DNA of 64,000 nucleotides from Candidatus Algichlamydia australiensis (lineage in GTDB: Bacteria; Chlamydiota; Chlamydiia; Chlamydiales; JAJFMI01). The notes under the pieces were generated by a model that was not told the origin of the DNA, did not search any database, and was given only the letters and a program-made list of their open reading frames with translations. Where the stretch lies: NCBI GenBank assembly GCA_033977065.1, contig JAXCHI010000004.1:1-64000 (forward strand), in the 5' to 3' direction. The translations under genes and the position numbers were made by a program. Below, piece by piece: positions 27,675 to 38,610 of this stretch (position 1 is its first letter; the number at the start of each line of letters is the position of its first letter).

Positions 27675-28788
27675 GCACGGGTTTTCCGCCTGGCAGTTGA
27701 ATATTCAGGTGGGTGTAGCGGCGCTTGTAGCGAGCGACCCAGGTCATGAGGATGGGCATAAGACCAAGTAGGAGCGCGCAGCCTATGCCACCGGCGTAGC
27801 CGAGCGCGGTTAAGAAGATGTTGGGGTTGATGAGGACGACGATGAGGGGCGGAAAGTAGATCAAGCTGCAGAGGATGAGTTTGGAGGTAGGTGTTTTTTT
27901 CACTTCGAGGGAGTCGGAAAGGAAGTCGAGGAGGCCGAGTGTGACGCCGAGAAATGAGGTGGTGAGCGCAAAGAACCCAAAAAATTCACCGATAAGGTAG
28001 ACGGTGGGGTTGTTGAGGAGTGCGCGCAGTGGCGTGATCGCGTTGGTGCCGGCATTTTTTGCGATGATGAGGCCTTCTGTTGGCACAATACCAAGAATAA
28101 GAAATTCCCAAATGAGGTAGGCGATGAGGGGAATTGCAGAGCCTAGGAGTATGGCCTTGCGCATGCGTTTGGGGTCGCGCTCTAAGTAGGTGTTGAGGGT
28201 TGGGATTATTCCTTGATAGCTAAATGAGGTGAACATCACGGGCAGTGCAAGAAAGCCGTATTTCCAGTTGATGGTTGTGAGATTTTTTGCTTCTACTTGG
28301 GAGAAACCGAAGGCAATAAAGAGGATGTAGGTGAGGATAAGTCCCCCCATCAAGATGTAGTTGACGCGGTCGACGGCTTTTGTGCCGATATAGACAAAGC
28401 TGCCAAATAGGGTGGTGAACAGGAGTGTGGTGAGTGGTTTTGGAAGTCCACCTCCAAATACTTGATAGATAAAGTCTCCACCACCAGCTGTATAGGCGAT
28501 GGTGAGGCAGTAGAAGAGAAAGAGGTAGAGGATCCAGGCTGCGTATTTTCCTGGACGGCCAAGGAGTTGCGATGCCATGGTGACAAGGTTCGCATTTTGC
28601 GGCATGTCTAAGCAAATTTCCAAAAAGAGGAGTCCTGTTGAGGCGCTAAAGAGCCAGCAGATAAGAAAGACGATGGTGGCGGGAAGGAACCCCCCTTGTC
28701 CTGTGATAACAGGAAGGGCGAGCATGCCGGCGCCAATGGCTGTTCCAGCAACTAGGAGGGTTCCTCCAAAGGTTTTTGAAAGTTTCAT
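27622..28788 (-). CDS. tyrP: Aromatic amino acid permease (HAAAP family)
   Basis: GGTLLVAGTAIGAGMLALP, SFSYQGIIP, ALTTSFLGV; multi-TM. Confidence 0.9.
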   Translation of the reverse strand: MKLSKTFGGTLLVAGTAIGAGMLALPVITGQGGFLPATIVFLICWLFSASTGLLFLEICLDMPQNANLVTMASQLLGRPGKYAAWILYLFLFYCLTIAYTAGGGDFIYQVFGGGLPKPLTTLLFTTLFGSFVYIGTKAVDRVNYILMGGLILTYILFIAFGFSQVEAKNLTTINWKYGFLALPVMFTSFSYQGIIPTLNTYLERDPKRMRKAILLGSAIPLIAYLIWEFLILGIVPTEGLIIAKNAGTNAITPLRALLNNPTVYLIGEFFGFFALTTSFLGVTLGLLDFLSDSLEVKKTPTSKLILCSLIYFPPLIVVLINPNIFLTALGYAGGIGCALLLGLMPILMTWVARYKRRYTHLNIQLPGGKPVLILLAAFVFFELMISLL

Positions 28789-29237
28789 AAGTGTCCTCTA
28801 TTTCTTTCTAGAAAGAGTTCTTTCCAGTGGTAGTGATCTAAAAGCCCTGAGGGGTCTTTCCCCATGATTGTGTAGGCGATATAGAGCGCTTCAACTGAGG
28901 CGAGGCCTGAGTCGGGCTCCATGCAATCTTCTTGTCTACGCGGATAGGCGGTTACAAAGCCTTTTGGGATGCGCCGTTTTGGGATGTTTTCAGGAAGCTG
29001 TGCGTGCATTTTTTCTGCCAGGCGCCATGTACCGTCAAGAAGGAGGAGACCTTTGTCTTTTTCAGAGAGGGGGTCTCCTTCGAGGGAGAGGATGATGTAA
29101 TCACTTGAGATGGGGGGGGTATTTTTCGGGTAGGTGAAAAAGCGCATGTCTGTGCGTGATTCAAGTCCACGCAGGGAACACTTTTTCAGGTTCTCGCGGC
29201 GATGTCGCCAGATGAGGGTGGGGAATTTTTCAGACAT
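28785..29237 (-). CDS. Tsr3/DTW-like aminocarboxypropyltransferase family protein
   Basis: ENLKKCSL, LLDGTW, LASVEAL motifs. Confidence 0.65.
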   Translation of the reverse strand: MSEKFPTLIWRHRRENLKKCSLRGLESRTDMRFFTYPKNTPPISSDYIILSLEGDPLSEKDKGLLLLDGTWRLAEKMHAQLPENIPKRRIPKGFVTAYPRRQEDCMEPDSGLASVEALYIAYTIMGKDPSGLLDHYHWKELFLERNRGHL

Positions 29238-29274
29238 AGTAATAAATAGTTCACTCCATTATAACAGGGGTGTA

Positions 29275-29550
29275 ATGATCAGTACAACCCTTCTTGCTAC
29301 CTCTCTTTTTGTGACAAAAGACCTTGATAAGGCTAAAGATCTCTCGCGCTACTACCAAATGCCGATGGTTCTTTTTTCGGATGAAGCTGCTTTAGATCTT
29401 GACTCTAAGGGGTTTATTTTTGTCCAGGTAGAGGGGATGGAGGGGTTTACAATTGTGAATCCCGAAGGGAATGTCGTTGCAAAAACGGGTTCTGATCAGT
29501 CTGTTTACGAGTTAAAAAAAATCTATAAGAATATTATCTGTCATGAATAA
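29275..29550 (+). CDS. Small hypothetical protein overlapping the first TPS gene
   Basis: ATG 29275, hydrophobic N-terminus, 8-nt overlap with 29543. Confidence 0.5.
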   Translation: MISTTLLATSLFVTKDLDKAKDLSRYYQMPMVLFSDEAALDLDSKGFIFVQVEGMEGFTIVNPEGNVVAKTGSDQSVYELKKIYKNIICHE

Positions 29551-32500
29551 AATTATCTTTTCTTTGTCTCTTGGTGTTATTTCTTCAATTCTAGCTCTGC
29601 CAAGTGGGCACTCGGTAAAGCACGGCAAGGTAAAAGTTGCTAATCGCGGTGATCAGGTGGTTGTCACATCTGGTAAAAGCGCTGTGATTCACTGGGATAA
29701 ATTTTCTGTCGGCAAAGGCGAAACGGCTAAGTTTCAGATGCAAGATTCCAAATCAAGTGTGCTCAATCGCGTTACTGGTGGTAACAAATCAGAGATTTTA
29801 GGTCGCATGGAATCGAATGGTAAGGTCTATTTGATCAATCAAAAGGGGATTCTATTTGGAAAAGATTGTCAGATCAATGTGGGAGGTCTTGTTGCTTCGA
29901 CTCTTGATGCGTTAGATAGCGACTATATTAATAGTGGCAAGATGCTTTTTGATGGGGATAGTAATGCTTCGATTGTCAACTTGGGAAAAATTTCTTCAGC
30001 GGGTGGAGAGGTGCATTTGCTGGCACAAAAGATCGATAACCAAGGTTCGATTGAAGCGCACCGTGTCGGTTTAGGCGGGGGTTCAAAAATTTTGATTAAG
30101 CCAAAAGGCTCTGAGCGCATTTTTGTAAAAGCGGGCAATGGCTCTATCGATCACTCAGGAAGTATCAAAGCTGTTGTTACGGAGCTAAAAACTAAATCTG
30201 CTTATGAGATGGCGATTAACTGCACTGGGTCAATTGAGGGGGTACGCGCCAACCGCGTAAAGGGGCGCATTTTCTTATCTGCAGATGGAGGCAAGGCTCT
30301 TGTCAATAATCATTTGGAGGCAGAGGGTGGTCAGATTCGTCTTTTAGGCGAAGAGATGGTTTTAGCAGAAAATGCGCACCTTGATGTTTCTAGCGCAAAT
30401 GGTCCTGGAGGAAGGATTGCTATTGGAGAGAGTAAAGAGGTGCACTCTATTTTTGTAAATGAGGGAGCGCGTCTTGATGCGAGCGGATCTCCAGGGGGTG
30501 AAATCTACCTTCTTGCGGGTGAGTTGGAGTTTAATGGGGGATTAAGGGCTCGTGGTTTTGGAAATAGCAGCGGGGGTTTTGCTGAGATTTCATCTGTCAG
30601 TGAAAATTATTCGATTATTCAAGATCCAACTCTCTTTGATTTGAGTAGTGATGGCGGTAAGCACGGAGAAATTCTTTTTGATCCCGGAAAAATTACGATT
30701 GTTGTAGGGGCAGCTTCTGGTCCTTGCTCTTTTGGCGATGCTTTCATAAGTGGTGTTTTGGCAGGTGCCTCGGTAACCATTGACTCAACTGGTCAGACGG
30801 CACCAACGGTGACGGCTTGTCCGTCTGGAGCTACACCTTTTGATATTGAATTTGCTGGGGGTGTTGCGATTTCTTGGGCTGCTGATACGACTTTAACTCT
30901 TACTGCAGATCAAGCGATCAATTCTATTGGCGCTTTTTCAGTAACAAATACTTTTGTAGGCTCTCCTACGACTCCAGCGATGGTTTTTACTGGTACAGGA
31001 ACTCCTTCTCCTGGTCCGACGGGGACTTTTATCGGCGTAGATCTGAGGAGTGGGACGCTCACCTCTGCTGATAAAGATATTGTGATTACAGGTACGGGAG
31101 GAAATTTAGGCTCTCTAAATCACGGGGTGGTACTAGGGGCTGTCACGTTTACTGGTGGTGGAGATTTAACTGTTACAGGAACTTCTGTGGGTGATCTAAC
31201 AGGTTCAATAAATCGCGGTGTTGTCGTTTTAGGAACGATTACGATGCTTTCAGGAACCGCCACAATTATGGGTATTGGAGGAGCTGGAGTATCTCTTTGT
31301 GATGGGGTAGATATTGTTGCTTTACCGGGTGGAACAACGACTTCTGGTCTCTTTGACATTACCGGAATTGGTGGTGGCGGTGGTATGGCGGGAGTAAATA
31401 ATGATGGGGTGCGCATTGAAGAGACGACTCTTACAAGTACTGCTGCAACGTTTACAGCAGGTAGGGGAATTACGATTGACGGCACAGGGGGTACGGGAGC
31501 TGCTGGCAGCCATCATGGAGTAGAATTCACTTTCGGCGGGCCAACACTTGCAACGGATGCGAATCCGATTAGTATTACTGGAGTGGGAGGTAGCGGCGGT
31601 AGTGAAAACCGCGGGATTTCTCATGCTGCTTCAGCTACTGTTTCATCAACGGGAGCAGGTACAACGGGAACAATCACCTACTCAGGTACGGGAGGAAGCG
31701 GAACTGATGATTGCGCGGGTGTCTATACAGATGGAGTTACTACAAGCACAATCATCTCTACTGTTGGATCCGATATTATGATTACAGGGGTGCCTAACCC
31801 TGGATCACCGGCAACAGGTGATGCAAATGAAGGTGTGAGAATTATTAACCATAGACTTACAACTGTAAGTGGAAATATCACTGTCAACGGGACGGGGAGC
31901 TCTGCAGGAGACGCTGATAACATAGGAGTATTTGTAGAGGGATCGGGTGCTGTTACTGGATTTACTACAACAAGTGGAAATGTCTCTTTAACAGGTGATG
32001 GAGGAGCTGCTTTAACTACGGGCAATGATGGGATTCGGATGGTAGGGGGAGCAGAAATTTCTTCAACTTCTGGCACTGCAATGCTAGATGGAACTGCTAA
32101 TGGAGGAACTGATGATAACAATGGAGTTCTCATTTCAGATGTTGGCACGATGATTTCCACAGCTGGAGATATTACAATTACAGGCATAAGCGATGGTACA
32201 GGCGATCGCAACATGGGTGTGCAGGTAAGTAGTAGCGCTCTTATAACGGGAACAGGCGCTAGTGAAATCGATATTATGGGTACAGGGGCTGATGGAGGTG
32301 CTGGGGACATATTTAGTTTTGGAGTCTCATTTGCAAGCGCAACTTTAATGGCAGGCACAGGCGATGTCACGGTTATGGGTACAGGAGGGGATGCAGATGG
32401 AGAGTGCAATGGAATTAACCTCTCTTCCTTTACATTTGATTCGAGTGGTGGCGTAGTTACATTTACAGGTATTGGTGATGGGACAAATGCAAGAGGGATC

Positions 32501-34357
32501 TCAATTGAGTCTAGCTCATTAACGGCAGATGGAGGCTCTTTGTCTATGACAGGTACGGGAGCAGGAACAGGATCAACGACTATGGGGATACTAATGAGTG
32601 CTTCAATGGTATCTTCAACAAGTTCAGCTCCTATTAATATGACAGGTACAGGAAGCTTAGGAGCTTTTTCAGAAGCTTTTGGAATTACACTTTTTGGAGC
32701 CGGAAACGAAGTCCTATCTGATAGTGGCAAAATTACGATGAGAGGAACAGGAGGAGGTTTTGCCGGTGGATTTGGTCTATGTCACGGTATTTCTGTAGCT
32801 GGGGTAGGTGTCACTGGAACAGGTAGCGCAGAAGTAGAACTTATTGGAATTGGTGGATTAGGCGGAAGCGCTTGTGCAGGAGTAGCAATTTTTAGCTCTT
32901 CGCTTGTGTCAACAGTGTCAGGCACTCTTACTGTGGATGGTACTGGGGGCTCACCGGATAGCACAACAAGTTATGGTGTATTAGCTGATGGTTTAGGTGT
33001 TGCTTCTATTCAAATGAGTACATCAGATGGAACGCTCAATGTAATTGGGCGCGAGGGAGGTACAGATAATAGAGGGATTTTAGTGACAAGCTTGGGAACC
33101 ATTACCTCTTCATCTGGATTAATGAATATTACAACATTAAGTGACTTAGATATCAGAAATGGGGGGAGGATTACAGGGGGCTCTTCTCTGATGACGTTTG
33201 ATATTGATCGGGATCTAAATATTACAGGAGACGGACGTACTTCTGGTATATTTCCAGGAAGTGGTGGTGTTACAATCGCTACAGGGCGTGACATAACTCT
33301 TACTGGACCTGATTTAGGAGCTGGTGGCGGAGTTGCGCAGATTGGAAATGATAGTGCTGCGGGGGTAACTTCAGACATCATATTTACTTCGGTCGGTCGA
33401 AATGTTGTTGTTGATGGATTCTTATCTTCTGGAGGGTCGAGCTACTCTCTTATTGGGCATGGCGGAAGTGGCGCGGTATATGGGGGAGCAATTCGTTTTT
33501 TAGATGTTCTAGGGAATGTAGTTGTTCAAGGTGGTGATACAGCTTTTGGACCGGTGGATGGTTTTGGTCAAATTGGTCACCTGACAATCTTTGGTGATAC
33601 GGTAAGTGGAGATATTGCGATTAATGCTCGTGGGGATATTTCCGTTATTGGAGGCATAGCTGCTCCATCAGCAGTTGCAAGAATTGGTCATGGCGGTCCG
33701 GGGGCGGGCGTAGTAACAGCATCGAATATGACACTTATTGCAAATAATAATATTACGATGACAAGTCAAGCGGGTGCAGGACAAGCCATTATCTCTAATC
33801 TGTCGACATCAGCGGCTGATAGTTTACGCCTTGTTGTAGATAATGCCAATCCAGCTTTTCCTAATTTTGGTGCGGCAACAATTAACATCAATGCAGGATC
33901 AGATCTTTCAACTCCAGCAGGCGGTCAGTTGCGGATTTATACTGTACAGCCATCACAAAATACGATTACACCAACAATCAATGGCACGGCATATGTACCA
34001 ACGGCGTTTAATGTCGATAACGATACGAATCAGTACAACACCTATTTTCCAGGTGGAACGTATGTGGGAGGAGCCGCTTTTCGCGTTTACTATAAAACAG
34101 GAATGGCTGTAATGACAGCGATGGAAGATCCTTTTATTGCCAACCGCTTTTACTGTCTTGGTGAAGCGATGGGAGAGCTGCAAGATCGTCTGCCAATTTT
34201 TCGGCTTATGCGCATGCCTGAAAACAGTGGCGCAACTTGGCACCACCCTTCATTCTGTGGAACAAAAGAGGCTTGCGATCCTGGATTTGATCCTTACCAT
34301 AGTTTAAACTTTAAAAATGATGTTTTTTGGGTAGGGGAAACTTCTACTGCTCTGTAA
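29543..34357 (+). CDS. Filamentous haemagglutinin-like (TpsA-type) exoprotein 1
   Basis: Signal peptide; TPS domain VIHWDKFSV, VLNRVTG, VYLINQKGILFG; G/T-rich I-x-GTGG...N-x-G repeats. Confidence 0.88.
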   Translation: MNKIIFSLSLGVISSILALPSGHSVKHGKVKVANRGDQVVVTSGKSAVIHWDKFSVGKGETAKFQMQDSKSSVLNRVTGGNKSEILGRMESNGKVYLINQKGILFGKDCQINVGGLVASTLDALDSDYINSGKMLFDGDSNASIVNLGKISSAGGEVHLLAQKIDNQGSIEAHRVGLGGGSKILIKPKGSERIFVKAGNGSIDHSGSIKAVVTELKTKSAYEMAINCTGSIEGVRANRVKGRIFLSADGGKALVNNHLEAEGGQIRLLGEEMVLAENAHLDVSSANGPGGRIAIGESKEVHSIFVNEGARLDASGSPGGEIYLLAGELEFNGGLRARGFGNSSGGFAEISSVSENYSIIQDPTLFDLSSDGGKHGEILFDPGKITIVVGAASGPCSFGDAFISGVLAGASVTIDSTGQTAPTVTACPSGATPFDIEFAGGVAISWAADTTLTLTADQAINSIGAFSVTNTFVGSPTTPAMVFTGTGTPSPGPTGTFIGVDLRSGTLTSADKDIVITGTGGNLGSLNHGVVLGAVTFTGGGDLTVTGTSVGDLTGSINRGVVVLGTITMLSGTATIMGIGGAGVSLCDGVDIVALPGGTTTSGLFDITGIGGGGGMAGVNNDGVRIEETTLTSTAATFTAGRGITIDGTGGTGAAGSHHGVEFTFGGPTLATDANPISITGVGGSGGSENRGISHAASATVSSTGAGTTGTITYSGTGGSGTDDCAGVYTDGVTTSTIISTVGSDIMITGVPNPGSPATGDANEGVRIINHRLTTVSGNITVNGTGSSAGDADNIGVFVEGSGAVTGFTTTSGNVSLTGDGGAALTTGNDGIRMVGGAEISSTSGTAMLDGTANGGTDDNNGVLISDVGTMISTAGDITITGISDGTGDRNMGVQVSSSALITGTGASEIDIMGTGADGGAGDIFSFGVSFASATLMAGTGDVTVMGTGGDADGECNGINLSSFTFDSSGGVVTFTGIGDGTNARGISIESSSLTADGGSLSMTGTGAGTGSTTMGILMSASMVSSTSSAPINMTGTGSLGAFSEAFGITLFGAGNEVLSDSGKITMRGTGGGFAGGFGLCHGISVAGVGVTGTGSAEVELIGIGGLGGSACAGVAIFSSSLVSTVSGTLTVDGTGGSPDSTTSYGVLADGLGVASIQMSTSDGTLNVIGREGGTDNRGILVTSLGTITSSSGLMNITTLSDLDIRNGGRITGGSSLMTFDIDRDLNITGDGRTSGIFPGSGGVTIATGRDITLTGPDLGAGGGVAQIGNDSAAGVTSDIIFTSVGRNVVVDGFLSSGGSSYSLIGHGGSGAVYGGAIRFLDVLGNVVVQGGDTAFGPVDGFGQIGHLTIFGDTVSGDIAINARGDISVIGGIAAPSAVARIGHGGPGAGVVTASNMTLIANNNITMTSQAGAGQAIISNLSTSAADSLRLVVDNANPAFPNFGAATININAGSDLSTPAGGQLRIYTVQPSQNTITPTINGTAYVPTAFNVDNDTNQYNTYFPGGTYVGGAAFRVYYKTGMAVMTAMEDPFIANRFYCLGEAMGELQDRLPIFRLMRMPENSGATWHHPSFCGTKEACDPGFDPYHSLNFKNDVFWVGETSTAL

Positions 34358-34402
34358 TAGAAAAAATCGAGTTCACGTTTGGGGTCGATTTGTATGCGAG
34401 AG

Positions 34403-34420
34403 CTTTGACGACACTATCTA
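34403..34420. repeat. Isolated right end of a family A element
   Basis: tttgacgacactatcta is identical to 48843-48859. Confidence 0.7.
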
Positions 34421-34504
34421 AAATTTTTTATTACAGATTGGTAGGGAAGTGCTATAAAATTGAAAAATTTAGTAGCATGATGAAAAACTTCGGGTATTTT
34501 CATC

Positions 34505-37500
34505 ATGCTACGATCCATCTTTTTCGTTTCAGCGCTAACAGCTGCCTCTATTTTTTGTTTACCTAGCGGACACTCTGTTAAGAAAGGCAAGGCAAAAATT
34601 TCCAATCGCGGTAGTGAAGTTGTCATCACAAGTGGCAAAAGCGCTGTGATTCACTGGGATCAATTCTCTATTGGCAAAGATGAAACAGCTAAATTTCAAA
34701 TGCAGGATGCTAAGTCTACTGTTTTGAATCGCGTTACAGGTGGCAACAAGTCTGAAATTTTAGGCCGCATGGAATCAAACGGTAAAGTCTATCTAATGAA
34801 TCCAAAAGGGATTCTCTTTGGTCAGGATTGCCAAATCAATGTGGGCGGTTTAGTCGCCTCTACACTTGATATACTAGATCAGGGAGGTAAACTTCTTTTT
34901 GAAGGTGACAGCGATGCTAAGGTTGTCAATTTAGGGAAAATTTCGTCACCCCATGGAGATGTGCAACTACTTGCACAGAAGGTTGAAAATAGAGGAAGCA
35001 TTGATGCGGGTCGTGTCGGACTCGCAGCGGGTTCAAAAATTTTGATTAAGCCAAATGGCAGTGAGCGCATTTTTGTAAAAGCGGGAAATGGCTCGATCGA
35101 TCACTCGGGAAGTATTCGCGCAGTTCTTACAGAGTTAAAAACAAAATCTGCTTATGAGATGGCCATCAATATGAATGGGTTGGTGAAATCAGCAGGCGGA
35201 GAGGTAGTGGTTCAAGGCGGAAAAATCACTTTTTCAGCTGAGTCGCAAATCGATCTCTCCAATACAAGCGGTCCTGGTGGCGTACTGAAGGTTGGAACAA
35301 GTATTCATGAAAATTTCATTCAAGTAGAAGAGGGTGCAAAATTTTTTGTATCGGGAAAACCTGGCGGAGAAGTGCGTTTTAAGGCAAAGGAGATGCTCTT
35401 TTCTGGAGAGGTTTCTGCCCGCGGTATGGGCGAGAGTAGTGGGGGTTTTGTAGAAATTTCTGCATCTGGTGGGAAGTTTGATCTCTTGCAAAAAATTGAC
35501 TGTAGTAGTGATGCTGGCGCGCCTGGAACGGTTTTTCACGATCCGCCCGCAATCATAATTGATGTCTCTGCCTCTTCTGGACCAACAACGTTTGGTGATT
35601 CCTATATCTCGACGACACTTGCGGGAAGCAATCTTGCAATTACCACTACAGGTCCCGGTTTTGAGTCGATCACATTTGTTGATGGTCCAGGTCCTGGTTC
35701 TCCCAGCATCTCTTGGTCAGGAGATGCCATTTTTACACTCACATCGGGCGGAACGATCTCTGCAACAGCTCCCTCTACACCCACTATTTCCAATAGCTTG
35801 GGATCGGGCGGTATTGATGTAATGGTTTTCACAGCTAACTCTGGTGGGACAACTTCGGGAAATTTTACTGGGATTGACTTTACGCCTTTTACTATTGAAG
35901 TTGATGCCAACAACATTGTGATCGATGGCACGAGTGGTGATACAGGTGGAGGTGCTACCAATATTGGTGTTGTGACAGGGGATATGACCGCTTTTTCTAC
36001 AGGAAATATTACCATTACAGGCACAAGTGTAGGGGCAGCGGGAAGTGCGGGAAATACGGGCATTCGCTTTACTGGCACTTTGGCGACGACTTCAGGCAAT
36101 CTTATTGCGACGGGAACTGGGGGTGTGGGTACCTCGGGGAATCTAGGAATTTCAGAGGCGGCTTTTGGTGGATTGAGTACGGTTGATGGCTTGATACGCC
36201 TTACTGGTACGGGAGGTGCTGGAACAGGTGGAGGGAATCACGGTGTAGAGATTCCTGAAACAACAATTATGAGTACGGGAGCTGCGTTTACTTCCGGAAG
36301 TGGGATAGAAATTTTTGGAACAGGCGGAAGCGGAAGTGGGAGCAGTTTTGGTGTGAATTTTTCTGACACTCCCACATCAATTGAATCCGATGCCAACCCT
36401 ATTCTCATTGTGGGGATCGGCGGTTCTGGTGGTATGAGCAACATAGGCGTCTCTCACACTGTTGAAGCTGAAGTTTTTTCTACCACTACAGGAAGTACCG
36501 GAACGGTCACTTACAGGGGTACGGGAGGAAGTGGTACAGGAGATTGTGTTGGGGTATATATTCCAATCGATAATCCCACACCAGTTGTCTATTCTGACGG
36601 GAGTGATATTTCGATAACGGGTATTGGTGGACCAGCTGCTACAGGGGTAGGAAATATTGGAATTGATATCACGGATAATGTGATTACAGCTGCAATAAAT
36701 GGGGGACCAGGTAGCGTTAGGCTGGAAGGAACAGGCAGTAGCAGCGGCAGTGCAGAAAACCACGGCATTCGCATGGGATCATCGGGAGGAGATGGTACAG
36801 GAGTCTCTGCGCTTGGTGGGGGAGATATTACCCTGACTGGGAGTGGAGGTGCAGGCTCTTCTCTTAATCACGGAGTATTTCTCTTTTTTGAAACAGAAAT
36901 TATTGCTTCAACAGGAGAGATCACGATCACAGGTACAGCTCTTGGAGGTACAGATGATAGTGATGGGGTGCAGATTACCGATTCGAGTACTCTTATCGAA
37001 ACATCAGGTGCCATTGGCATTAGAGGAGAGTCAATGGCGGCTGGCGATCGCAATCGCGGCGTCGCTATCATATCCGATGCAATAGTTAGAGGCGTAGGCA
37101 GTGGATCTGTTTCTGTTACAGGTAGTGGCGGTAGTGGGGCTATTGATAATCAAGGAATTTTAATTGAAAGCTCTACAGTGTCGACTTCCTCATCGAGTAT
37201 GATTTTCAATGCGATGGACGACATGCTCATAAATGCGGGAGGGCAGATCGATGGGAGTAGTGGTTTGATCACAGTTTCAACAGATGGAGATCTGACCATT
37301 TTGGGCACAGCTCCCAACACCGGAATTTTTCCCGATACAGGAGGATTTACAGGAAGTGTGGGGGGTGATCTTACACTTATAGGATCGGCCACAGGAGGCG
37401 CACATGTTGGAAGCATTAATCCCTTTGGGCTGACAGCAGATATTACCTTCGTAAGCATTGGAGGCGATGTTCTAGTTGAGGCGACGAATACTTCAGGTTC

Positions 37501-38401
37501 TACAGGGCTTGGCTATGCTGTGATTGGACATGGCAAGACTACGGGAGCGCCTTACTCAGGAAACATCTCTTTATCAGATGTGGGAGGGAGTGTAACGGTG
37601 CAAGGAGCAAATACCGCAACGGGCGTGCTAAATGGTGTGGGACAAATTGGTCATATTGCCCTTGCTGATAGTGATGTGTTGAATGGAAATATTACGATTC
37701 TTGCTCGCGGAAATATCAACGTAATTGGAGGAGTTGCAGGCACAAATACCTACGCGCGAATTGGTCATGGCGGCAGGCCAGGAATTGTGTTCGGCACAAC
37801 TTCATCGGAGATGACGTTGATTGCAGGTCAAAATATTGCGATGACTTCTCAAGTAGCAGCGGGCCCCGCTGTCATCACAAACCCCTCAACAGATAGCCTT
37901 GATTCCCTTTTTCTTGTTGTCGATAATAATAATCCTACATTTCCTACCTTTGGAGCCGCGACATTCACAGTTAATGCTGGATCTGATTTGAGTATGCCCA
38001 ATTCATCAGGGGAGCTGCGTATCTATACTGTGCAACCATCCCAAAATAGTGTAAATGAGCTGGTCAATGGTGCTGTTTATATACCGACACCTTTCAACAT
38101 TGATGACGCGACAAATCAATATAACATTTACTACCCAGCGGGCACCTTTATTGCAAATTCTTCTTTTCGCTTTTACTACAAGACAGGAGACTCTCTTATA
38201 AATGAAGTTGTTCCACCGTTTGTAAGAAATAGGCTCTTCTTCTTACAGGTAGCTGAGGCGCAGGCAGAAATGCAGATGCCACTCTTTCGTGGCCCTTACT
38301 GGCACCATCCTTCGTTTTGTGGGAGCAAGAAATCCTGCGATCCAGGATTTGATCCCTACTACAGCTTCATCTTTGAAGATGACATTTACTGGAAGCACTG
38401 A
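34505..38401 (+). CDS. Filamentous haemagglutinin-like exoprotein 2
   Basis: Same TPS domain (NPKGILFG) and repeats; 5' region close to copy 1 at nucleotide level; stop supplied by an inserted element. Confidence 0.88.
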   Translation: MLRSIFFVSALTAASIFCLPSGHSVKKGKAKISNRGSEVVITSGKSAVIHWDQFSIGKDETAKFQMQDAKSTVLNRVTGGNKSEILGRMESNGKVYLMNPKGILFGQDCQINVGGLVASTLDILDQGGKLLFEGDSDAKVVNLGKISSPHGDVQLLAQKVENRGSIDAGRVGLAAGSKILIKPNGSERIFVKAGNGSIDHSGSIRAVLTELKTKSAYEMAINMNGLVKSAGGEVVVQGGKITFSAESQIDLSNTSGPGGVLKVGTSIHENFIQVEEGAKFFVSGKPGGEVRFKAKEMLFSGEVSARGMGESSGGFVEISASGGKFDLLQKIDCSSDAGAPGTVFHDPPAIIIDVSASSGPTTFGDSYISTTLAGSNLAITTTGPGFESITFVDGPGPGSPSISWSGDAIFTLTSGGTISATAPSTPTISNSLGSGGIDVMVFTANSGGTTSGNFTGIDFTPFTIEVDANNIVIDGTSGDTGGGATNIGVVTGDMTAFSTGNITITGTSVGAAGSAGNTGIRFTGTLATTSGNLIATGTGGVGTSGNLGISEAAFGGLSTVDGLIRLTGTGGAGTGGGNHGVEIPETTIMSTGAAFTSGSGIEIFGTGGSGSGSSFGVNFSDTPTSIESDANPILIVGIGGSGGMSNIGVSHTVEAEVFSTTTGSTGTVTYRGTGGSGTGDCVGVYIPIDNPTPVVYSDGSDISITGIGGPAATGVGNIGIDITDNVITAAINGGPGSVRLEGTGSSSGSAENHGIRMGSSGGDGTGVSALGGGDITLTGSGGAGSSLNHGVFLFFETEIIASTGEITITGTALGGTDDSDGVQITDSSTLIETSGAIGIRGESMAAGDRNRGVAIISDAIVRGVGSGSVSVTGSGGSGAIDNQGILIESSTVSTSSSSMIFNAMDDMLINAGGQIDGSSGLITVSTDGDLTILGTAPNTGIFPDTGGFTGSVGGDLTLIGSATGGAHVGSINPFGLTADITFVSIGGDVLVEATNTSGSTGLGYAVIGHGKTTGAPYSGNISLSDVGGSVTVQGANTATGVLNGVGQIGHIALADSDVLNGNITILARGNINVIGGVAGTNTYARIGHGGRPGIVFGTTSSEMTLIAGQNIAMTSQVAAGPAVITNPSTDSLDSLFLVVDNNNPTFPTFGAATFTVNAGSDLSMPNSSGELRIYTVQPSQNSVNELVNGAVYIPTPFNIDDATNQYNIYYPAGTFIANSSFRFYYKTGDSLINEVVPPFVRNRLFFLQVAEAQAEMQMPLFRGPYWHHPSFCGSKKSCDPGFDPYYSFIFEDDIYWKH

Positions 38402-38551
38402 ACAAGTCATGCACTGATCCCACGGCCGAGAAATCCTAGAAAAGATTATTTTCAACCTCCAATAACTGTGCCCAGTTGTTTACGGTTTCCAAATAATCTT
38501 TTTTAGAATTTTCGACTCATGCTATCGGCACAGCACTTATTCAGTGATTCC
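38391..38551 (+). mobile_element. 161-bp palindromic miniature element, family B
   Basis: Ends ggaagcactgaacaagt / acttattcagtgattcc; homologous to 60973-61133 and (reverse) 48971-49086; tactgga direct repeat. Confidence 0.9.
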
Positions 38552-38610
38552 TACTGGATTGAAAATAAATCTATGCTATAGAGTGAAGAAAATAATTATT
38601 TTAAGTTCTT

